DNA of 64,000 nucleotides from Escherichia coli (GTDB lineage Bacteria; Pseudomonadota; Gammaproteobacteria; Enterobacterales; Enterobacteriaceae): NCBI RefSeq assembly GCF_003334385.1, contig NZ_QOWN01000001.1; one strand, 5' to 3'. Shown piece by piece: positions 56,248 to 64,000 of this stretch (position 1 is its first letter; each line of letters starts with the position of its first letter). The notes under the pieces were generated by a model. It saw only the letters and a program-made list of their open reading frames with translations, ran no database searches and was not told where the DNA came from. The position numbers and the translations under genes were made by a program.

Positions 56248-57282
56248 ATGCGATATCATGGGGATATGTTATTAACTACTCCTGTCATCAGTACGCTCAA
56301 GCAGAATTATCCTGATGCAAAAATCGATATGCTGCTTTATCAGGACACCATCCCTATTTTGTCTGAAAACCCGGAAATTAATGCGCTCTATGGGATAAGC
56401 AATAAAGGTGCGGGAACTTTCGATAAAATTAAAAATGTGCTTTCGTTGATAAAAACTCTGCGTGCGAATAATTATGACCTGGTCATTAATCTTACGGATC
56501 AGTGGATGGTGGCGCTGCTGGTACGTTGTTTACCTGCACGGATGAAAATATCGCAACTTTATGGTCATCGGCAGCATGGTATTTGGAAAAAAAGCTTCAC
56601 ACACTTAGCGCCAATACACGGTACACATATTGTTGAGCGTAATTTATCGGTCCTTGAGCCATTAGGTATTACCGATTTCTACACCGACACAACAATGAGT
56701 TACGCCGAAGATTGCTGGAAGAAGATGCGCCGGGAATTAGATGCCCTGGGCGTAAAAGATCATTATGTTGTCATCCAACCGACAGCGCGTCAGATATTTA
56801 AGTGTTGGGATAACGATAAATTTTCTAAGGTTATCGATGCGCTGCAACAGCGAGGCTATCAGGTTGTGCTAACCTGTGGGCCCTCGGCAGATGATCTCGC
56901 TTGTGTAGATGAGATTGCACGAGGTTGCGAAACAAAACCCATTACTGGCCTTGCAGGTAAAACACGTTTTCCTGAACTGGGTGCATTAATTGATCATGCA
57001 GTGCTTTTTATTGGTGTGGATTCTGCGCCGGGACATATTGCAGCGGCAGTGAAAACGCCAGTCATTAGTCTATTTGGTGCAACGGATCACGTATTCTGGC
57101 GTCCCTGGACCGAGAATATTATTCAATTCTGGGCGGGGAATTATCAGAAAATGCCGACCCGGCATGAACTTGACCGCAACAAAAAATATCTTTCTGTTAT
57201 CCCAGCGGAGGATGTGATCGCCGCTACGGAAAAGCTGTTGCCAGAAGATGCCCCTTCAGCTGACAGGAATGCACAATTATGA
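56248..57282 (+). CDS. waaQ: LPS core heptosyltransferase III WaaQ
   Basis: 344-aa product from MRYHGDMLLTTPVISTLKQNYPDAKIDMLL...; the listed ORF 56212..57282 begins at an in-frame GTG. Confidence 0.9.
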   Translation: MRYHGDMLLTTPVISTLKQNYPDAKIDMLLYQDTIPILSENPEINALYGISNKGAGTFDKIKNVLSLIKTLRANNYDLVINLTDQWMVALLVRCLPARMKISQLYGHRQHGIWKKSFTHLAPIHGTHIVERNLSVLEPLGITDFYTDTTMSYAEDCWKKMRRELDALGVKDHYVVIQPTARQIFKCWDNDKFSKVIDALQQRGYQVVLTCGPSADDLACVDEIARGCETKPITGLAGKTRFPELGALIDHAVLFIGVDSAPGHIAAAVKTPVISLFGATDHVFWRPWTENIIQFWAGNYQKMPTRHELDRNKKYLSVIPAEDVIAATEKLLPEDAPSADRNAQL

Positions 57283-58403
57283 TCGTGGCGTTTTGTTTAT
57301 ATAAATATTTTCCATTTGGTGGGCTTCAACGTGACTTTATGCGCATTGCATCAACAGTTGCCGCACGGGGCCACCATGTTCGGGTATATACACAGTCGTG
57401 GGAAGGCGATTGCCCGAAAGCATTTGAGCTTATTCAGGTGCCAGTTAAGTCCCATACCAACCATGGACGCAATGCAGAATATTATGCCTGGGTACAAAAT
57501 CATCTCAAAGAGCATCCCGCAGATCGCGTTGTTGGGTTTAATAAGATGCCTGGCCTGGATGTTTATTTTGCCGCTGATGTTTGTTACGCCGAGAAAGTTG
57601 CGCAAGAAAAAGGTTTTTTATATCGTTTAACATCACGATATCGCCATTATGCCGCATTTGAGCGAGCGACTTTCGAGCAGGGTAAATCGACGAAACTTAT
57701 GATGCTGACCGATAAGCAAATCGCCGATTTCCAGAAGCATTATCAAACTGAACCTGAACGTTTTCAAATTCTTCCTCCCGGTATTTATCCGGACAGAAAA
57801 TACAGTGAGCAAATCCCAAACAGCCGTGAAATTTATCGCCAGAAAAATGGCATAAAAGAGCAACAAAACTTATTACTGCAGGTTGGATCAGATTTTGGCC
57901 GTAAAGGTGTAGATCGCTCAATTGAAGCTTTGGCATCGTTACCGGAATCATTACGTCACAATACGCTTTTATTTGTTGTTGGTCAGGATAAGCCGCGAAA
58001 ATTTGAAGCGCTGGCAGAAAAACTCGGCGTGCGGAGCAATGTGCATTTCTTCTCCGGTCGCAATGATGTGTCAGAATTAATGGCAGCCGCTGATTTATTA
58101 CTGCATCCCGCTTATCAGGAAGCCGCGGGTATCGTTCTTCTAGAAGCGATCACTGCTGGGTTACCTGTTTTAACAACAGCGGTATGTGGGTACGCGCATT
58201 ATATTGCGGATGCCAATTGTGGAACGGTCATCGCTGAACCTTTCTCTCAGGAACAATTAAATGAAGTTTTACGTAAAGCGCTAACTCAGTCGCCATTGCG
58301 AATGGCCTGGGCGGAGAATGCTCGCCATTATGCCGATACTCAGGATTTGTATAGCTTGCCAGAAAAAGCCGCGGATATCATTACAGGTGGTTTAGATGGT
58401 TGA
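57279..58403 (+). CDS. waaG: LPS core glucosyltransferase I WaaG
   Basis: 374-aa GT4-family ORF; overlaps waaQ by 4 bp. Confidence 0.95.
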   Translation: MIVAFCLYKYFPFGGLQRDFMRIASTVAARGHHVRVYTQSWEGDCPKAFELIQVPVKSHTNHGRNAEYYAWVQNHLKEHPADRVVGFNKMPGLDVYFAADVCYAEKVAQEKGFLYRLTSRYRHYAAFERATFEQGKSTKLMMLTDKQIADFQKHYQTEPERFQILPPGIYPDRKYSEQIPNSREIYRQKNGIKEQQNLLLQVGSDFGRKGVDRSIEALASLPESLRHNTLLFVVGQDKPRKFEALAEKLGVRSNVHFFSGRNDVSELMAAADLLLHPAYQEAAGIVLLEAITAGLPVLTTAVCGYAHYIADANCGTVIAEPFSQEQLNEVLRKALTQSPLRMAWAENARHYADTQDLYSLPEKAADIITGGLDG

Positions 58404-59193
58404 ATTAAAAGAGCCGCTTGCCACACTTTGGCGTGGTAAAGATGCTTTTGCAGAGGTCAAAAAACTGAACGGCGAGGTCTTTCGTGAACTGGAGACTCGT
58501 CGTACATTACGCTTTGAACTGTCCGGGAAAAGCTATTTTCTTAAATGGCACAAGGGGACGACATTAAAAGAGATTATAAAAAATCTACTCTCATTGCGGA
58601 TGCCCGTTTTGGGCGCAGACAGAGAGTGGCACGCTATTCATCGCCTGAGTGATGTTGGCGTTGATACAATGAAGGGCATTGGGTTTGGCGAAAAAGGGTT
58701 AAATCCATTAACTCGCGCATCATTTATTATTACCGAAGATCTCACTCCCACAATTAGCCTTGAAGATTATTGTGCCGATTGGGCAGTCAACCCGCCTGAT
58801 ATACGTGTTAAGCGTATGCTGATCGCACGTGTAGCAACTATGGTGCGTAAAATGCATACTGCAGGGATAAATCACCGCGACTGTTACATTTGCCACTTTT
58901 TGCTTCATTTGCCATTTACTGGCCGGGAAGATGAATTAAAAATTTCAGTTATCGATCTGCATCGGGCACAGATACGTGTAAAATTACCGCGCCGCTGGCG
59001 CGATAAAGACCTGATTGGTTTATATTTCTCATCAATGAATATTGGCCTGACGCAAAGAGATATCTGGCGATTTATGAAGGTTTATTTTGGGATGCCTTTA
59101 CGCAAAATATTGTCTCTTGAACAGAATTTATTGAACATGGCAAGCGTTAAGGCCGAGCGTATTAAAGAGCGAACACAACGCAAAGGATTATAA
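58396..59193 (+). CDS. waaP: LPS core heptose kinase WaaP
   Basis: 265-aa [57 protein letters not shown]... Confidence 0.95.
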   Translation: MVELKEPLATLWRGKDAFAEVKKLNGEVFRELETRRTLRFELSGKSYFLKWHKGTTLKEIIKNLLSLRMPVLGADREWHAIHRLSDVGVDTMKGIGFGEKGLNPLTRASFIITEDLTPTISLEDYCADWAVNPPDIRVKRMLIARVATMVRKMHTAGINHRDCYICHFLLHLPFTGREDELKISVIDLHRAQIRVKLPRRWRDKDLIGLYFSSMNIGLTQRDIWRFMKVYFGMPLRKILSLEQNLLNMASVKAERIKERTQRKGL

Positions 59194-59229
59194 AAATATT
59201 TATTAGTATGTACTGGAACTAACTTTATT

Positions 59230-60165
59230 ATGACTATTTATTTTATAAATTGGGTTGCAGATTATGAATTAAAAATGATTCAGTACCTGAAAAAAAAGTA
59301 CAAGATAAAAAATATAACAACACCAAAAAAATATAACTGGATTAATAAAAAAATATCAAAAATAGGGATGGATAATGCATGGCTGGGGCGATTATTCATC
59401 AAGCATTACCTCAATGATATTAAAAAAGATGACATAATTATCATTAATGACAGTGTTGTTAATAAAGGTATCAATAAACAAATATTAAAAAATATTAACT
59501 GTCATAAAGTTTTGCTTCTAAGAAATACTGTTGGCGAAGATTTTATTCTTGATAACGCGAATTATTTCGATATTATATATGATTTTGAGCATAGATTTAT
59601 AGGGAATGAAAAGATCAAGGCAATAGAACAATTTTTTCCTATAGGAATGGATGAAATTAGAAATTATAGTTTATCTGACAAAAATAACAGCCAGCCAATA
59701 TGTTTTTTCCTTGGTCGTGATAAAGGGCGTCTTCAAATAATTAATGAGTTAGCCGAGAGATTAACAACACTAGGATGTAAGCTAGATTTTAATGTTGTCA
59801 AAGATAAGACATCATCTACGACTTCAAAGTATTTGATTGAAAAACAAATATCTTATGAAGAGAATATTAGAAGAACATTAAATGCTAATATAATTGTTGA
59901 TATAACCAAAGAAAACCAATCTGGCTGGACTCTTCGTATACTTGAGGCACTATTTTTCAATAAAAAATTAATTACTAATAATATAAATGTATTTGGTTCA
60001 GAAATCTATAGTGAATCTCGCTTTTTTATAATAGGTCATGATGATTGGGATAAGTTAGAGTATTTTATTAACTCATCTGTTAAACCAATGGATTATGATA
60101 GTTTATATAAATTCAGTCCAGATAAAATGATGTCAACGATTGTTTCTGATTTTATAGACAAATAA
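59230..60165 (+). CDS. waaS: LPS core biosynthesis protein WaaS (K-12/R2-type core loci)
   Basis: 311-aa AT-rich ORF in the position of waaS between waaP and waaB. Confidence 0.8.
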
Positions 60166-60208
60166 AACCGTTAAAACAGTGAGTTTTACTCAATTAATGA
60201 GAGTTTCT

Positions 60209-61288
60209 ATGAAAATAGCGTTTATCGGCGAAGCTGTTTCTGGATTTGGCGGCATGGAAACTGTCATCCGTGATGTTATTACTACCTTCAGGCAACAACA
60301 TATCCAAAGTGAAATGTTTTTCTTTTGTCGTAATGACAAAATGGATAAGGGATGGCTGGAAGGTATTAAATACTCATGTTCATTTTCCAATATTCGTTTA
60401 GGTTTTTTGCGTCGGGCGAAACATATTCATGCTCTAAGTAAATGGCTTCAGGAGTACCAACCAGATATCGTTATTTGTATTGATGTGATCTCCTGCCTGT
60501 TTGCCGCAAAAGCACGTAAAAAATCAGGAATTGATATGCCAGTATTTTCATGGCCACATTTTTCTTTAGATCACAAAAAACATGCTGAATATATCACCTG
60601 TGCCGACTATCATTTAGCAATCAGCTCTGGCATTAAACAGCAAATGATTAATCGAGGTGTAGCAGAATCGACGATAAATGTTATTTTTAATCCCGTCGAA
60701 ACTAAAGACTCAGTCATTCCCGCGCCCGAGGAAGGTGAAACGGCAACGTTTATTTATGTTGGGCGTATGAAATTTGAAGGCCAGAAAAGAGTTAAAGACC
60801 TGCTTGATGGCTTATCACAAGCGAAAGGTAACTGGAAACTCCATGTATTGGGTGATGGCTCCGATTTCGAAAAATGCCAGGCTTATGGTAGAGAATTAAA
60901 TATTGATGATCGAATTGTCTGGTATGGTTGGCAACAATATCCCTGGGAATTGGTCCAGCAAGATATTGAAAAAGTGAGTGCGTTATTGCTCACGTCATCT
61001 TTTGAAGGTTTCCCAATGACCCTACTTGAAGCCTTGTCGTGGGGGATTCCTTGTATCAGTGCCGATTGTGTCTCCGGGCCTGCTGACATTATTCAACCTG
61101 ATGTCAATGGCCATCTGTATCAACCGGGAGATATTGCTGGTTTTGTAACTCTTCTAAATAAATATATAGCAGGTGAAATTCATATCGAACATGAAAAAAT
61201 TCCTGCGTCGATCGATGAATTTTACCAATCGAAGTATTACGATAGATTACATAAGGTAATTATTTCTGCTATTTCCCGGAGGAAATAA
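60209..61288 (+). CDS. waaB: LPS core alpha-1,6-galactosyltransferase WaaB
   Basis: 359-aa product from MKIAFIGEAVSGFGGMETVI... Confidence 0.9.
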   Translation: MKIAFIGEAVSGFGGMETVIRDVITTFRQQHIQSEMFFFCRNDKMDKGWLEGIKYSCSFSNIRLGFLRRAKHIHALSKWLQEYQPDIVICIDVISCLFAAKARKKSGIDMPVFSWPHFSLDHKKHAEYITCADYHLAISSGIKQQMINRGVAESTINVIFNPVETKDSVIPAPEEGETATFIYVGRMKFEGQKRVKDLLDGLSQAKGNWKLHVLGDGSDFEKCQAYGRELNIDDRIVWYGWQQYPWELVQQDIEKVSALLLTSSFEGFPMTLLEALSWGIPCISADCVSGPADIIQPDVNGHLYQPGDIAGFVTLLNKYIAGEIHIEHEKIPASIDEFYQSKYYDRLHKVIISAISRRK

Positions 61289-62307
61289 TGCAGCAGGTGT
61301 TTTTCCAGGAAACTGAGTTTCTTAATTCAGTTATTGATTATGATCATAAAGTAGAAACAGAAAATCTTTGTCTGGACATCGCTTATGGAACTGACAAAAA
61401 CTTTCTATTTGGTTGCGGAATTTCGATTGCTTCAATATTAAAATATAATGAAGGAAGTCGATTGTGTTTCCATATTTTTACTGATTATTTTGGTGATGAT
61501 GATCGTAAGTATTTTGATGCCCTGGCGTTGCAGTATAAAACCAGAATTAAAATATATCTGATTAATGGTGATCGACTGCGCTCATTGCCTAGCACTAAGA
61601 ATTGGACTCATGCAATATATTTTCGTTTTGTTATTGCAGATTACTTTATTAATAAGGCGCCTAAAGTCCTTTATCTGGATGCAGATATCATTTGTCAGGG
61701 GACTATTGAGCCACTAATTAATTTCTCATTTCCTGACGATAAAGTCGCAATGGTTGTTACAGAAGGGCAAGCTGACTGGTGGGAAAAACGCGCCCATTCG
61801 TTAGGTGTTGCGGGAATTGCTAAAGGTTACTTTAACTCCGGTTTTTTATTGATTAATACTGCCCAATGGGCGGCTCAGCAGGTTTCTGCACGAGCTATTG
61901 CAATGCTAAATGAGCCAGAAATAATCAAAAAAATAACACATCCTGATCAGGATGTGTTAAATATGTTGCTGGCGGATAAACTTATTTTCGCTGATATTAA
62001 ATATAACACCCAGTTCAGCTTAAATTATCAACTCAAAGAAAGCTTTATAAACCCAGTAACCAACGATACTATTTTTATCCATTATATCGGGCCAACCAAG
62101 CCCTGGCATGATTGGGCCTGGGATTATCCTGTATCACAAGCCTTTATGGAGGCAAAAAATGCTTCGCCATGGAAGAATACGGCGTTGCTGAAACCGAACA
62201 ATAGCAATCAATTAAGATATAGCGCAAAACATATGCTTAAAAAGCATAGATATCTAAAAGGATTTAGCAACTATCTTTTTTATTTTATTGAAAAGATAAA
62301 GCATTAA
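61288..62307 (+). CDS. waaO: LPS core alpha-1,3-glucosyltransferase WaaO (RfaI), GT8 family
   Basis: 339-aa GT8-family ORF in the K-12 position. Confidence 0.85.
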   Translation: MQQVFFQETEFLNSVIDYDHKVETENLCLDIAYGTDKNFLFGCGISIASILKYNEGSRLCFHIFTDYFGDDDRKYFDALALQYKTRIKIYLINGDRLRSLPSTKNWTHAIYFRFVIADYFINKAPKVLYLDADIICQGTIEPLINFSFPDDKVAMVVTEGQADWWEKRAHSLGVAGIAKGYFNSGFLLINTAQWAAQQVSARAIAMLNEPEIIKKITHPDQDVLNMLLADKLIFADIKYNTQFSLNYQLKESFINPVTNDTIFIHYIGPTKPWHDWAWDYPVSQAFMEAKNASPWKNTALLKPNNSNQLRYSAKHMLKKHRYLKGFSNYLFYFIEKIKH

Positions 62308-62346
62308 AACTGGGAAACTATAAAGTAATGATATAAGGGTAGCATT

Positions 62347-63363
62347 GTGGACTCATTTCCTGCCATAGAGATAGATAAAGTTAAAGCCTGGGATTTTCGG
62401 CTAGCTAATATAAATACTTCTGAATGTTTAAATGTTGCCTATGGTGTCGATGCTAATTATCTTGATGGTGTAGGTGTTTCCATCACATCAATTGTCCTAA
62501 ATAATCGACATATTAATCTTGATTTTTATATTATTGCTGATGTTTATAATGATGGTTTTTTTCAAAAAATTGCAAAGCTTGCAGAGCAAAACCAATTAAG
62601 AATCACGTTATATAGAATTAACACTGATAAGCTCCAGTGCTTGCCTTGTACACAGGTCTGGTCAAGAGCAATGTACTTCCGTTTATTTGCATTTCAATTA
62701 TTGGGTTTAACGCTTGATCGTTTGCTTTATCTTGATGCAGATGTTGTTTGTAAAGGCGATATTAGCCAACTATTACATCTGGGTTTAAATGGAGCGGTTG
62801 CTGCTGTTGTTAAAGATGTTGAGCCAATGCAAGAAAAGGCGGTATCCAGGTTGTCTGATCCTGAATTACTTGGGCAGTACTTTAATTCCGGTGTCGTTTA
62901 TTTAGACTTAAAAAAATGGGCTGACGCAAAACTAACAGAAAAAGCGTTGTCTATTCTTATGAGTAAAGATAATGTTTATAAATACCCTGATCAGGATGTT
63001 ATGAATGTCTTACTGAAAGGGATGACATTATTTTTGCCTCGTGAGTACAATACAATTTATACAATTAAAAGTGAATTAAAAGACAAAACACATCAAAACT
63101 ATAAAAAGCTGATTACAGAAAGTACTCTTCTTATTCATTATACAGGTGCAACTAAACCGTGGCACAAATGGGCAATTTATCCATCGGTAAAATACTATAA
63201 AATAGCTTTAGAAAATTCCCCCTGGAAAGATGACTCTCCACGAGATGCGAAATCAATTATTGAATTTAAAAAAAGATATAAACATCTTTTAGTGCAACAT
63301 CATTATATCTCAGGAATTATAGCAGGAGTCTGTTATCTTTGCCGAAAATATTACCGTAAATAA
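62347..63363 (+). CDS. waaJ: LPS core alpha-1,2-glucosyltransferase WaaJ (RfaJ/WaaR), GT8 family
   Basis: 338-aa GT8-family ORF with a GTG start at 62347; paralogous to the preceding gene. Confidence 0.85.
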   Translation: MDSFPAIEIDKVKAWDFRLANINTSECLNVAYGVDANYLDGVGVSITSIVLNNRHINLDFYIIADVYNDGFFQKIAKLAEQNQLRITLYRINTDKLQCLPCTQVWSRAMYFRLFAFQLLGLTLDRLLYLDADVVCKGDISQLLHLGLNGAVAAVVKDVEPMQEKAVSRLSDPELLGQYFNSGVVYLDLKKWADAKLTEKALSILMSKDNVYKYPDQDVMNVLLKGMTLFLPREYNTIYTIKSELKDKTHQNYKKLITESTLLIHYTGATKPWHKWAIYPSVKYYKIALENSPWKDDSPRDAKSIIEFKKRYKHLLVQHHYISGIIAGVCYLCRKYYRK

Positions 63364-63380
63364 CATTTAACTGGTTTATT

Positions 63381-64000
63381 ATGATTCAGAAGAGCAAGAT
63401 CAAAGACTTGGTTGTTTTTACCGATGAAAACAATTCAAAGTACCTCAATGTATTAAATGACTTCTTGTCTTATAATATAAATATCATCAAGGTTTTTCGT
63501 TCTATTGATGATACAAAAGTTATGCTTATTGATACCGATTACGGTAAATTGATTCTTAAGGTTTTTTCTCCGAAAGTTAAGCGTAACGAACGTTTCTTTA
63601 AGTCTCTGTTAAAAGGTGATTATTACGAACGCCTTTTTGAGCAAACCCAAAAAGTACGAAATGAAGGGTTAAATACACTCAATGACTTTTATTTATTGGC
63701 TGAACGGAAAACCTTACGTTTTGTCCATACTTATATCATGATCATCGAGTATATTGATGGCATAGAGTTGTGTGATATGCCCGATATTGATGATGCGCTA
63801 AAAAATAAAATTCAGCAATCAATTAATGCCTTACATCAACATGGCATGGTTTCTGGCGACCCCCATCGTGGTAACTTCATTATAAAAAATGGTGAGGTTC
63901 GAATTATCGATCTCTCCGGAAAGCGTGCTTCAGCGCAGCGTAAAGCGAAAGATCGTATTGACTTAGAGCGTCATTACGGTATTAAAAATGAGATTAGAGA
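63381..64000 (+). CDS. waaY: LPS core heptose II kinase WaaY (3'-partial, runs off window end)
   Basis: ATG at 63381; MIQKSKIKDLVVFTDENNSKYLNVLNDF... open to the window end. Confidence 0.85.
   Translation, partial: MIQKSKIKDLVVFTDENNSKYLNVLNDFLSYNINIIKVFRSIDDTKVMLIDTDYGKLILKVFSPKVKRNERFFKSLLKGDYYERLFEQTQKVRNEGLNTLNDFYLLAERKTLRFVHTYIMIIEYIDGIELCDMPDIDDALKNKIQQSINALHQHGMVSGDPHRGNFIIKNGEVRIIDLSGKRASAQRKAKDRIDLERHYGIKNEIR

Overview
This window is an Escherichia coli chromosomal segment. Positions 1 to about 28027 are the proximal part of a horizontally acquired island inserted at the 3' end of the selenocysteine tRNA gene selC (28028..28122, minus strand). Positions 28028 to 64000 are conserved core backbone in K-12 gene order, reverse-complemented relative to K-12: yicJ-yicI, yicH, xanP, gltS, recG-trmH-spoT-rpoZ-gmk, ligB, yicG, dinD, yicC, rph-pyrE, slmA, dut-coaBC, yicR, rpmB-rpmG, mutM, coaD-waaA and the waaQ LPS core operon. 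The island is mosaic. It carries a P4-type integrase next to selC, a complete P-fimbrial operon (papIBAHCDJKEFG) with the canonical two-GATC phase-variation switch, a Salmonella-like phosphoglycerate transport module (pgtP divergent from pgtCBA), an Hra/Hek/Tia-like outer-membrane protein gene, an IS2-like insertion sequence, and several decayed or uncharacterised genes. I found no CRISPR array, no rRNA, and no confident novel multi-gene system; the most interesting unexplained signals are a triple-GATC cluster upstream of the outer-membrane protein gene, an in-frame amber stop in a phosphoethanolamine transferase gene, and a few uncharacterised cargo ORFs. All identifications rest on reading the supplied six-frame translations and the raw sequence against remembered protein families; no database search was run.
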